Assembly (NCBI GenBank): GCA_043776145.1 | Contig: JAYVRQ010000742.1 | Coordinates: forward strand, 1 to 40,382 | Origin: Chthoniobacteraceae bacterium | GTDB taxonomy: Bacteria > Verrucomicrobiota > Verrucomicrobiia > Chthoniobacterales > Chthoniobacteraceae | DNA: 40,382 bases | Reading direction: 5' to 3' | Shown: positions 26,639-35,482 of the stretch, one piece after another | How the letters are laid out: every line of letters begins with the position of its first letter | Numbering within the stretch: position 1 is the stretch's first letter | Program-made: the position numbers and the translations under genes | The notes under the pieces: generated by a model | Database searches by the model: none | Told to the model about the DNA's origin: nothing | What the model saw: the letters and a program-made list of their open reading frames with translations, nothing else

Positions 26639-27793
26639 ATGCGCCTGCTTGTCGTCAGCCATTCATGCGCAACTTCGCTGAACCAGCAAATTTACGCGGA
26701 AATCCAGCGGCAAACCGGCTGGGATATAACGATCGTGGTTCCTGCGAACTGGCGCGATGAGTTTGGGAACAAACTCAAGCCCGTCCGCTGGCCAGATTTT
26801 CGCGGCACCTTGGAAAGCGTGGGCGTGTGGGCAAATGGAAGCATCATCCTTCATGTCTATCGTCACCGTTGGGGCAGGTTTCTCGCGCGCGGAAAATTCG
26901 ACCTGATTTACGTGAATCATGAGCCTTACGCGCTTGCCATCGCGCAGATTGCATGGGCAAACGCGCGGGGTCCGAAATTGCCGATGGGATTTTACTCCTG
27001 CCAAAACATCGCGAAACACTATCCGCCGCCGTTCCGCTGGTTCGAGCAAATGGTTTATCGACACAGCCGCTTCGCATTTCCGATTACCGAGGAAGTTGCC
27101 GCGGTTTTGCGCAAAAAGGGATTTAGCGGAGAAATGGCTGTCTGTCCCCTGCCACTCGATCCCACCCTTTACCGCACCTATTCGCGGGAGGAATGGCCGG
27201 AAGTGATGCACCGCGATGAGAAGACGGTGATGCTCGGTTTTGTGGGGCGCGTCGTGGAGGAAAAAGGCCTGCGCACACTCGCTCTCGCGCTGAAGGCATT
27301 GCGCGATCTTGATTGGAAATTGTTGCTCGTGGGACTCGGTCCATTTTTGACTAGCTTCAAGTTACTGCTCGCAGAAGGCGGAGTTTCCGGACGTCTGGTC
27401 GAGGCTGGATTCGTATCGCACGAAGAAACGCCAAAGTATCTGGCGGGGCTGGACGTGCTGGTCCTTCCATCCGAGACGCAAGCTAATTGGAAGGAACAAT
27501 TCGGGCGGGTCATCCCGGAGGCGCTGGCATGCGGCGCGGCGGTCGTCGGTTCCGATTCGGGCGAGATTCCAAAGCTGGTCGGAGCAAGCGGTGGCGGATT
27601 GATTTTTCCCGAGCGTGATGCGGAATCGCTCGCGAATGCGCTCAGGTACTTAATCGTCGATCGCGAGCGACGGCGGGAGATGGCCGCGCGCGGCGGCGCA
27701 TGGGTGCGCGAACACCTGGTGCTTGATCGCGTGGCCGCGCGGATGATCGCGACCATCCGACACGCGGCGAAAAACAATGCCCAGCCAGCATGA
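26639..27793 (+). CDS. Glycosyltransferase, GT-B fold (GT4-like)
   Basis: MRLLVVSHSC at the N-terminus, GFVGRVVEEKGL, and KEQFGRVIPEALACGAAVVGSDSGEIPKLV. Confidence 0.85.
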   Translation: MRLLVVSHSCATSLNQQIYAEIQRQTGWDITIVVPANWRDEFGNKLKPVRWPDFRGTLESVGVWANGSIILHVYRHRWGRFLARGKFDLIYVNHEPYALAIAQIAWANARGPKLPMGFYSCQNIAKHYPPPFRWFEQMVYRHSRFAFPITEEVAAVLRKKGFSGEMAVCPLPLDPTLYRTYSREEWPEVMHRDEKTVMLGFVGRVVEEKGLRTLALALKALRDLDWKLLLVGLGPFLTSFKLLLAEGGVSGRLVEAGFVSHEETPKYLAGLDVLVLPSETQANWKEQFGRVIPEALACGAAVVGSDSGEIPKLVGASGGGLIFPERDAESLANALRYLIVDRERRREMAARGGAWVREHLVLDRVAARMIATIRHAAKNNAQPA

Positions 27794-28254
27794 TGCGCCC
27801 GCGCACTCCCGAGCAGCTATGGAAGCTCTCACGCCGCCTGCACACCTGTGGTTGGAGTCGCGCTGCTCGCTGGGTGAAAGTGTTAAACTATATTCTGCAT
27901 AAAACCCTGCTGCCGGTCGATGCAACCGTCGGTTCGGGGCTGGTCCTCGAGCACCATGCGCTTGGTCTCGTCATCCATCCGCAGATCGAGATCGGAAATG
28001 ACTGCCGCATTTATCACCACGTCACCCTGGCCTCGGAAACGTGGATCGGTTCACCGCACAAAATTATCGTCGGCAACGGCGTAACCATCGGCGCACATAG
28101 CATCGTGGTGGCACGGTCGAATCAGACGCTTCGCATCGGTGATGGTGCGGTCATTGGAGCCGGTTCAGTGGTGACCAAGGATGTTCCGGCGGGAGAAGTG
28201 TGGGCGGGAAATCCCGCGCGCCAGCTTTCGGCACAGCCGGGCGGCTCGGCGTAA
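27790..28254 (+). CDS. Hexapeptide-repeat acetyltransferase (serine-acetyltransferase-like LbH)
   Basis: LVIHPQIEIGNDCRIYHHVTLA, GNGVTIGAHSIVV and IGDGAVIGAGSVVTKDVPAGEVWAGNPAR. ATGA overlap with the upstream gene. Confidence 0.85.
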   Translation: MMRPRTPEQLWKLSRRLHTCGWSRAARWVKVLNYILHKTLLPVDATVGSGLVLEHHALGLVIHPQIEIGNDCRIYHHVTLASETWIGSPHKIIVGNGVTIGAHSIVVARSNQTLRIGDGAVIGAGSVVTKDVPAGEVWAGNPARQLSAQPGGSA

Positions 28255-28279
28255 GAAACTCCGCCCCCTTTTGCAATCC

Positions 28280-29332
28280 ATGACTGCCATGTCTGGCCCC
28301 GGCGTACTTCGACTCATCCTCGCCTTTGTCGTGGTGGTCCATCACTCGACGCCCCTCCGCATGGGAGCATTGGCGGTCTATCTGTTTTTTATCCTGAGTG
28401 GTTATTGGATCGCGAAAATGTGGGATGAAAGGTATGCACGCTCCCACAACCCTCTCCTGACGTTCTATGTCAGCCGATGGTGGCGGTTGGCGCCGGTGTT
28501 TCTGCTTTGCACCGCACTCGGTCTCATGTGGACACTTGGGCGCGGGAACCCACTGCCATTTCGGAACAGCCCATTACATTGGTTTCTGCGGCAATTGCCA
28601 GTTGCCGGTTCCGGTGCAGCCGGATCGGTTCTGCCCCCGGCGTGGTCGCTTGATGTGGAGATGCAGTTTTACCTGCTTGCTCCGGCATTGATCTGGATAA
28701 TACGACGGTTAAGCCATCGCCTGGCATGGCTTGCCGGTGGGGCTTTGCTCTTTCTGCCGCTTATTCATTTCTGGCGTGGTGGCAGCGCGGATGTCCCTGT
28801 ATTGATTCCGTTTCTTCCCTTCTTCGTGGGCGGCATTCTGATCCACCGCACTCAATGGCAGCCCTCGCGCACGGTGGGCGTCTGGGCTCTGGCTGCGGTG
28901 GTCATGGCGCTTGTGATCGGCCTGACCGTTCCTGAACTAAAAGCCGCAATGTGGATTGTAGGTCGGCAATCTTCACCGCCGATGAAGGGCGCCATGCTAC
29001 TCTGGGTGGCGATAGCCGCCCTGAGCCTGCCCGTAATCGCCCGGAACGTGCGCCGGACTTCCACTCCGCTGGACCGGACGCTGGGTGATCTTGCCTACCC
29101 TTTGTATCTCTTCCATTGGATGCCGCGCGAATGCTACTACGCGCTCGGCGGACCCTCGCGCCCGGCATGGCAGGCGGTGGCTCTTCTGATCTTGAATTTT
29201 ACCTGCGCCTTCGGAGGAGCATGGATGATCTACAAGATGGTGGACAGACCGTTCGACAGGCTTCGGAGCCGATGGGTAGCCAAACGGCACTGTGCTGCTA
29301 CCGTAAATGCCGCATCTGTGATTGTCGTGTAA
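28280..29332 (+). CDS. Acyltransferase family 3 (integral-membrane O-acyltransferase)
   Basis: LRLILAFVVVVHHSTP and ALAVYLFFILSGYWI are typical of the Acyl_transf_3 N-terminus, and there are about 10 TM segments. ATG 28280 is preferred over the track start 28181, which overlaps the previous gene. Confidence 0.8.
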   Translation: MTAMSGPGVLRLILAFVVVVHHSTPLRMGALAVYLFFILSGYWIAKMWDERYARSHNPLLTFYVSRWWRLAPVFLLCTALGLMWTLGRGNPLPFRNSPLHWFLRQLPVAGSGAAGSVLPPAWSLDVEMQFYLLAPALIWIIRRLSHRLAWLAGGALLFLPLIHFWRGGSADVPVLIPFLPFFVGGILIHRTQWQPSRTVGVWALAAVVMALVIGLTVPELKAAMWIVGRQSSPPMKGAMLLWVAIAALSLPVIARNVRRTSTPLDRTLGDLAYPLYLFHWMPRECYYALGGPSRPAWQAVALLILNFTCAFGGAWMIYKMVDRPFDRLRSRWVAKRHCAATVNAASVIVV

Positions 29333-29338
29333 GGCATC

Positions 29339-30562
29339 ATGTCCACTCATTCACAGATAACCGAAAATGTGTGCAAGATTGAACCGGATGAGAAGACGAT
29401 GCCACGAGCGATCTTTTCCGGCATGGATTGGTTCCCACTTTGTCGCGATGGAGGACTGGATCGCTATTTTTTTGAAATGATCCGGGCATTTGGCGAAGCG
29501 GGAATGGATGGAACGGCCCTGGTGTCCTCGGTTGGGGCGACCGCGCTGGGCGGCATTGCCGTCCGCGGAATCGCAGCTTCGCCTGCTTCTGTGTGGCGTC
29601 GATGGATCGGGGCAAGGGCGCTCGCGCGTGAGGCATTTGGGAGGGATGTGAATGTGGTGAATTCCCACTTTGCTCTTTATGCCTTTCCCTGGCTGCGTGC
29701 CCTGCCTTCGCATCTTCCCTTGGTGGTAAATTTTCACGGTCCCTGGGCGGGAGAGATGCAGGCAGAGGCGCGGGGGTTGAAGAGGCGAATTGCCGCAGGT
29801 TTGGCGCGTCGGATCGAGCAAAGTGTTTATCGGCGGGCGGATCGCTGCATCACGCTATCCCAGGCGTTTCGGGATTTATTGCATGAAGAGTATGGCGTGC
29901 CGCTGGACAGGATACGGGTGGTTCCAGGTGGGGTGAATTTGACTAGTTATCTTGCCGCACCGGGAAGAGAAGCGGCTCGGGCAAAACTCGACTGGCCGCA
30001 GGATCGGCGAATCGTGTTATCGGTGCGGCGACTGGCACGACGGATGGGATTGGATTTGCTAGTCCATGCCATTGCGGATGTGCGAAGGGAGTTCCCGGAC
30101 GTGCTGCTTCTGATCGGGGGCAAGGGTTCGGAACGAGATCGGTTGCAGGAGCAAATCGTGGCGATGGGACTAACGGAGCATGTCCGGTTGACAGGGTTTA
30201 TCGCAGAGACGGACTTGCCTCTTGCTTATGCGGCGGCGGAAGTGTCGTTGGTGCCGACGGTCGCGCTTGAGGGATTTGGCCTAGTCACCGTGGAGTCGCT
30301 TGCTTGCGGCACTCCCGTTCTAGGCACGGCAGTGGGCGGCACCGCGGAGATACTGCGTCCTTTGAACCCAGATCTTTTGTTTGCCGGGGCGACGACAGGT
30401 GCGATGGCGGAACGGATTCGAGCGGCGCTGCGCGGCACGATCTCACTGCCAGATCAGGATGCGTGTCGCGCCCATGCCCGGCAGTACGGCTGGCCGGCGG
30501 TCCTGCCTCAATTGCTGGCGGTTTTTGAGGAAGCGATTGAGGAACGGAGACGGCGTCTTTGA
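29339..30562 (+). CDS. Glycosyltransferase, GT-B fold (GT4-like)
   Basis: VRRLARRMGLDLL and PTVALEGFGLVTVESLACGTPVLGTAVGG. ATG 29399 is an alternative start. Confidence 0.85.
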   Translation: MSTHSQITENVCKIEPDEKTMPRAIFSGMDWFPLCRDGGLDRYFFEMIRAFGEAGMDGTALVSSVGATALGGIAVRGIAASPASVWRRWIGARALAREAFGRDVNVVNSHFALYAFPWLRALPSHLPLVVNFHGPWAGEMQAEARGLKRRIAAGLARRIEQSVYRRADRCITLSQAFRDLLHEEYGVPLDRIRVVPGGVNLTSYLAAPGREAARAKLDWPQDRRIVLSVRRLARRMGLDLLVHAIADVRREFPDVLLLIGGKGSERDRLQEQIVAMGLTEHVRLTGFIAETDLPLAYAAAEVSLVPTVALEGFGLVTVESLACGTPVLGTAVGGTAEILRPLNPDLLFAGATTGAMAERIRAALRGTISLPDQDACRAHARQYGWPAVLPQLLAVFEEAIEERRRRL

Positions 30563-31725
30563 AGCCGCGTGTTTTGTTTCTCGGCCATACGGGAGTACTC
30601 GGCGGGGCGGAGTTGTTCTTGCTGGAACTGGCGGCGCGATGGGTCGGAGAGCGGCAAGTGTTGCTCTTTGCGGATGGGCCTTTGCGCGGGAGGCTTGAAA
30701 GGGTGGAGGTGCCAGTCGCAGTATTTCACGTTGGTAGTTCGATGGCTTCCGTGGGACGCGACGGGCGCGGACTGGCACAACTTTTCGCGGTGCCTGCGAT
30801 TCTCCAACTTGCGTGGCGCGTCGCGCGACACGCCGCAAACTTCGATGTGTTGTTTGCCAACAGCCAGAAGGCTCTGGTCGTCGGCTCCATCGCTTCGCGG
30901 ATCGCGGGCAAGCCATTGGTTTGGTATCTGCATGATATGCTCACTGCGGATCATTTCAGTGCGTTGAACCGATTCGTCTCGGTCAAGCTGGGCAGTCAAT
31001 TTGCCAGCCGTGTAATTACCAACTCGGAGGCGAGCCGGGAGGCATTTGTTCAATGCGGCGGGCGGGCGGATCGGACGACGGTTGTCTATAATGGGATCGA
31101 CTCGAAGCCCTTTGCCGATGAGCCGTCGGAAGAAGCCACGCTAAGGTTGCGCGTGGAAATTGGGTTTAAACCTGGACCTATAGTGGGCGTGTTTAGCCGA
31201 CTGGCTCCTTGGAAGGGACAGCACGTGCTGATCAAGGCCTTGCGGCTTGTGCCGAATCTGCGCGCGGTCTTTGTCGGCGCGCCGTTGTTTGGAGATGAGG
31301 TGCGCTACCTGGAAGAGTTGCAGGCGAAGGCTCGTGATCTGGGTGTGAGTGAGCGCGTCCGGTTCCTGGGATTTCGCGAGGATATTCCGGCGCTGTTGCA
31401 GGCGGTGGATTTTGTGGCGCATACGTCGGTGGCGCCGGAGCCTTTTGGCCGGGTGATCGTGGAGGGAATGCTGGCAGGGAAGCCGGTCGTGGCGACGAAG
31501 GCGGGCGGTGCCTGTGAGATCATCGTGGATGGCGTGACGGGATGCCTTGTCTCGCCAGGTGATCCTGTTGAACTCGCCAGCGCATTGCGCCGTCTGATCG
31601 AGGAGCCGAAACTGGCGGCGCGCCTCGGCGGCGCGGGTCGAGAGTTCGCCATGCGACAATTTTCAGTGGAGGCAATGTTGCGCGGAATCGAGCGGGAAGT
31701 GGAACTGGCTATTGGATGGACGTGA
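30559..31725 (+). CDS. Glycosyltransferase, GT-B fold (GT4-like)
   Basis: The TTG start overlaps the upstream stop (TTGA) and is needed to include the N-terminal KPRVLFLGHTGVLGGAELFLLELA. FSRLAPWKGQH and VAPEPFGRVIVEGMLAGKPVVATKAGGACEIIVDGVTG are also present. Confidence 0.88.
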   Translation: MKPRVLFLGHTGVLGGAELFLLELAARWVGERQVLLFADGPLRGRLERVEVPVAVFHVGSSMASVGRDGRGLAQLFAVPAILQLAWRVARHAANFDVLFANSQKALVVGSIASRIAGKPLVWYLHDMLTADHFSALNRFVSVKLGSQFASRVITNSEASREAFVQCGGRADRTTVVYNGIDSKPFADEPSEEATLRLRVEIGFKPGPIVGVFSRLAPWKGQHVLIKALRLVPNLRAVFVGAPLFGDEVRYLEELQAKARDLGVSERVRFLGFREDIPALLQAVDFVAHTSVAPEPFGRVIVEGMLAGKPVVATKAGGACEIIVDGVTGCLVSPGDPVELASALRRLIEEPKLAARLGGAGREFAMRQFSVEAMLRGIEREVELAIGWT

Positions 31726-31752
31726 TGCTTCCATCTGAAATATAGTAATGCA

Positions 31753-32865
31753 GTGAGTAACACCCCGGAACTAACGCTGGCTCACGATTACCTCATCCAG
31801 ATGGGTGGGGCGGAGCGGGTCGTGGCTTCGATGGTGCGGCACCATCCTGCGAGTCCGCTTTATACCAGCGCGGTTCGGCGCGATACGCTGCTGCCGGAGT
31901 TTGAGAAGGCTGACATTCGAACTTCATGGATGCAGCGATTGCCAGGGATCGAGACGCATTTCAAAAAATACTTTGCGTTGTATCCGTATGCCTTTCGCAG
32001 TTTCGAGCGAGTGCAGGCATCCGCGCTTTGGGTGAGTGCCAGCACCTTCGCGAAGTGCCTGCCATTTTCGCCCTCCACGGCGTCCGTGCTCTACTGCCAC
32101 AATCCTACCAGATTTCTTTGGCTAGCCGGGGCGGCCTATGTCGATTCCGAGGTGCATATCCCCTGGGCGAATCGGATCGTGCATTGGCTGGTACCGTGGC
32201 TGCGCCGGATCGACTTCGAGGCGGCGCAGTCTTTCGACATCATCGTGGCTAACTCGGAAGCGGTGCGGAAGCGGGTCGCCGATAACTATCGGCGGGAAGC
32301 GATCGTGATTCACCCGCCGGTTCAGTTGGAACGCTTCACACCTTCCAGTGACCATGATGGACACTATATCATTGTTTCGCGCCTGGTGGCTTACAAGGGT
32401 ATCGACCGCGCGGTGACCGCCTGCACTAAGTCTGGCAGGCGATTGGTGGTGGTGGGAAAAGGGCCGGATCAAAAGCGTCTGGAAGGACTCGGCGGACCGA
32501 CGATTACCTTCACCGGCTGGGCGAGTGATGCGGAAGTGCAGCGATTGATGGAGCGGTCGCGCGGGTTGATCTTCCCGGCGGAGGAAGACTTTGGCATTGC
32601 ACCGGTGGAGGCGCAGGCTTGTGGCAAGCCGGTGATTGCCTACGCGCGGGGAGGCGCGCTGGAGACGGTTATCGAAGGACAGACCGGGTGCTTCTTCCAC
32701 GAGCAGACCGTAGAATCATTGCTGGCCGCGCTGGATCGCGCGGAAGCGACTTCATGGAATCCGGCGGTGATCCGGCGGAATGCGGAGTGTTTCAGCGAGG
32801 AGCGATTCCATAAGTTGACGAGCCGCGCACTAGCCGAGGCGGCAGCGTTAAAGCGCCGGGGATAG
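31753..32865 (+). CDS. Glycosyltransferase, GT-B fold (GT4-like)
   Basis: GTG start. [27 protein letters not shown] and [31 protein letters not shown]. Confidence 0.85.
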   Translation: MSNTPELTLAHDYLIQMGGAERVVASMVRHHPASPLYTSAVRRDTLLPEFEKADIRTSWMQRLPGIETHFKKYFALYPYAFRSFERVQASALWVSASTFAKCLPFSPSTASVLYCHNPTRFLWLAGAAYVDSEVHIPWANRIVHWLVPWLRRIDFEAAQSFDIIVANSEAVRKRVADNYRREAIVIHPPVQLERFTPSSDHDGHYIIVSRLVAYKGIDRAVTACTKSGRRLVVVGKGPDQKRLEGLGGPTITFTGWASDAEVQRLMERSRGLIFPAEEDFGIAPVEAQACGKPVIAYARGGALETVIEGQTGCFFHEQTVESLLAALDRAEATSWNPAVIRRNAECFSEERFHKLTSRALAEAAALKRRG

Positions 32866-34350
32866 CGTGTTCGTGGCGAGGTGCATCACTGCTTCCTCGT
32901 TCAATTCCTCCCGCGCTAGTTCGCCGGCGATGCGGCCTTCGTGCATGACGAGCGCGCGGTCGGACATGCCAAGGATTTCCTCCATTTCGCTGGAGGCAAA
33001 AAGGATCGCGATGCCCTGACGCGAGAGGTCTTCCATCAGGCGATAAATCTCCTGCTTCGCGCCCACATCGATGCCGCGCGTGGGTTCATCAAGCAGCAGC
33101 AGGCGCGGGCGCAGCGCGAGCCATTTGCCGAGCACCACTTTCTGCTGGTTGCCGCCGGAGAGGAATTGCACCACCTGCCGCTCATCCGGCGTTTTGATGC
33201 GCAGGCTCCCGATCATTTCCGAGCACAGTTCGGAGGCGCGGCGGCGATTGAGGAAACCGTGGCGCGCATCGCGTCGCAGGCTCGCGAGACTGATGTTGTC
33301 GCGCACGGCCATTTCGAGGATGACGCCCTGCTTTTTGCGATCCTCGGGCACGAGCGCGAGACCGGCGGCGATGGCTTCGCGCGGAGATTGCGGGGCGATT
33401 TCCCGTCCCGAGATTCGCATCGTGCCGCCGAGTGCGGGGGTGACGCCGAAAAGCGTCGCGAGCAATTCCGTGCGGCCCGCGCCAACGAGTCCGGCGATGC
33501 CGACGATCTCGCCTGCGTGAACGCGGAAGCTCAACTCGTGGCACGGATGCGCCGGGGTGCGGATGACTTTCGCCTCGAAAACAATTTCGCCGGGCGTGTA
33601 CGATTCGTGGGGATAGAATTGCGAAAGGTCGCGGCCCACCATGAGCTTCACCATCGCGGCATGGGTGATATTTTCGCGCGGCAACTCGCCCGCATTTTCC
33701 CCGTCGCGGAGCACGGTTACGCGATCGGCAAGTTCCTTCACTTCGCCGAGTCGATGCGAAATATAGACGATGCTGACGCCGCTCGCACGCAGGTCGCGGA
33801 TGACGCGGAAAAGGTTTTCCGCCTCTCCGCTCGACAGGCTCGAAGTCGGCTCGTCCATGATGAGTACGCGCGCATTGACCGAGAGCGCCTTGGCGATTTC
33901 GACGAGCTGCTGCTGTCCGATGGCGAGCGTGCTCACGAGCATCGCGGGATCGACACGCAAACCGACCGCATCGAGAAACCGCCGCGCCTCGCGCCGCAGA
34001 TGCGCTGTGTCGATGAGCCTCGCGCGGAGTTTTTCGCGGCCGAGAAAAATGTTCGCCGCGACATCGAGGTTGTCCGCGAGATTAAGTTCCTGATGAATGA
34101 GCGCGATGCCGTGCGCGAGTGCTTCATGGACGGAGCGAATCCCGATCGCGCGGCCTTCGAGCAGGATTTCCCCGGCATCGGGCCGCTGCACCCCGGCGAG
34201 AATTTTCATCAGCGTGCTTTTGCCCGCGCCGTTTTCCCCGATGACCGCGAGCACTTCGCCGCGATCGAGCGCGAGGCTCACGCCTTTCAGCGCGCGTACG
34301 CCGGGGAACGATTTGACGAGATTGCGGACTTCGAGCAGCGGCGCGTTCAT
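32848..34350 (-). CDS. Sugar ABC importer ATP-binding protein, tandem-cassette (RbsA/MglA/XylG-like, CUT2 type)
   Basis: There are two ABC cassettes. Walker A motifs are [10 protein letters not shown] and [10 protein letters not shown]. Signature motifs are [15 protein letters not shown] and [15 protein letters not shown]. Walker B motifs are [11 protein letters not shown] and [12 protein letters not shown]. Confidence 0.92.
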   Translation of the reverse strand: MNAPLLEVRNLVKSFPGVRALKGVSLALDRGEVLAVIGENGAGKSTLMKILAGVQRPDAGEILLEGRAIGIRSVHEALAHGIALIHQELNLADNLDVAANIFLGREKLRARLIDTAHLRREARRFLDAVGLRVDPAMLVSTLAIGQQQLVEIAKALSVNARVLIMDEPTSSLSSGEAENLFRVIRDLRASGVSIVYISHRLGEVKELADRVTVLRDGENAGELPRENITHAAMVKLMVGRDLSQFYPHESYTPGEIVFEAKVIRTPAHPCHELSFRVHAGEIVGIAGLVGAGRTELLATLFGVTPALGGTMRISGREIAPQSPREAIAAGLALVPEDRKKQGVILEMAVRDNISLASLRRDARHGFLNRRRASELCSEMIGSLRIKTPDERQVVQFLSGGNQQKVVLGKWLALRPRLLLLDEPTRGIDVGAKQEIYRLMEDLSRQGIAILFASSEMEEILGMSDRALVMHEGRIAGELAREELNEEAVMHLATNTLSPAL

Positions 34351-34363
34351 GCCGTCGCGCAGG

Positions 34364-35401
34364 TCACTTCGCCGGTCCCGTCTTAAGTTTTAGGTCCGCC
34401 CAGAATTCATCGACGTTGCCCTTGCGGATTTGCCGCGCGGGAATGTCGATGAATTTGTTTTCGGGGATGACGCCGGCATTTCCCTTCGAGAGTTCGGCGA
34501 GAATCTCGACCGACTTGTAGCCATACATGTACGGATTTTGCACGACGGTTCCATGCACTGTCCCCTTTTGGATTCCCGCGAGGGTCGCGTCGTCTTCGTC
34601 GAAGGCCACGACTTTCACCTGCCCGAGTTGGTTCGCCTGCGCGAGGGCTTCGAGCATGAGCGGCGGATTGTAGGCAAAGAGCCCGACCATGCAGCCGACG
34701 CCGGGAAATTTCGCGAGCGTGTCCTCGGCGTTCGCCTTGCCTTTCGCGCGGTCGAATTGATCCGTGAGCGTGCCGAGAATCTTGAAACCATTCTCTGCGA
34801 GCACATCGGAAGGCGGATCGAAATGATCGGGATTCACCGGGCGTCCGAGAATAGCGTCGATGCAGCCCTGGCGGCGGCGCTTCGCGTTGTCCTGTTCGAG
34901 GCGTCCTATGAAGATCATCACTGTCCCGCCATTGGGCATGGCCTCGCGGACGAGATCGCCGCAGAGTCGTCCGGCCTTGTAGTTGTCCATGCCGATGTAG
35001 AGCAGGCGGTCGCTGCCGGGCGCATCGGAATCGTGCGTGATGAGTTTCGTGCGCTTCGCCGCTGTGTTGAGCATCTCGGTTTGATTCACCGGATCGATCG
35101 GACTCACCGCGATGCCGTCGATTCCGCGCGTGAGCAAATCCTCGATCATCCGCTTCTGGTCGGTGATGCCTTCCACCGGCATGAGCGTTTCCGCATCCAC
35201 GCCGAATTTTTCGCTCGCCGCCTTCACGCCCGCCGCGGCGATCGTCCAGAATGACGCGACCCCATTGCTGACAAACGCGACTTTTTTCCTGCCCGAAGAC
35301 GGCGCGCTGGATGATGTGCCTGCGGATGGTTTGCAGCCGGAAAGCAGCGCGACGATGGCAATGGGAAGGATGAAAAGGAAGAGGCGCGGAGGGAGTTTCA
35401 T
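34364..35401 (-). CDS. Sugar ABC transporter substrate-binding lipoprotein (periplasmic-binding-protein type I, RbsB-like)
   Basis: Lipobox [42 protein letters not shown] and VKVVAFDED follow the Peripla_BP pattern. The gene ends 13 nt upstream of the ATPase gene. Confidence 0.88.
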   Translation of the reverse strand: MKLPPRLFLFILPIAIVALLSGCKPSAGTSSSAPSSGRKKVAFVSNGVASFWTIAAAGVKAASEKFGVDAETLMPVEGITDQKRMIEDLLTRGIDGIAVSPIDPVNQTEMLNTAAKRTKLITHDSDAPGSDRLLYIGMDNYKAGRLCGDLVREAMPNGGTVMIFIGRLEQDNAKRRRQGCIDAILGRPVNPDHFDPPSDVLAENGFKILGTLTDQFDRAKGKANAEDTLAKFPGVGCMVGLFAYNPPLMLEALAQANQLGQVKVVAFDEDDATLAGIQKGTVHGTVVQNPYMYGYKSVEILAELSKGNAGVIPENKFIDIPARQIRKGNVDEFWADLKLKTGPAK

Positions 35402-35450
35402 GGCGTTGGGTGTCGCGTCGTTTTATTGAAGCGGCATGGAAATGACAGTG

Positions 35451-35482
35451 GGAAAAATCCGCGGCGGGCGGCAACGTGCCGC
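35451..35482 (-). terminator. Possible intrinsic terminator after the prepilin peptidase gene
   Basis: The minus strand reads GCGGCA-CGT-TGCCGC (6-bp stem overlapping the TAG stop), then CCGCCGCGG and a T5 run (plus-strand A5 at 35453-35457). The 10-nt spacing between stem and T-run is not ideal. Confidence 0.3.

Noticed and set aside
32941-34386. A 481-aa plus-strand ORF lies antisense to the ABC ATPase gene. Similar long ORFs are 37756-39123 (+, antisense to the methyltransferase), 35953-36756 (+), 34407-35687 (-, out of frame over the binding-protein gene), 34430-35254 (+), 9038-9721 (-) and 6222-6785 (-).
   Set aside because: Their translations are Arg/Ala/Gly/Pro-rich and low in complexity, with no recognisable motifs. 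Each fully overlaps a gene with strong family motifs. Long stop-free alternative frames are expected in high-GC DNA.
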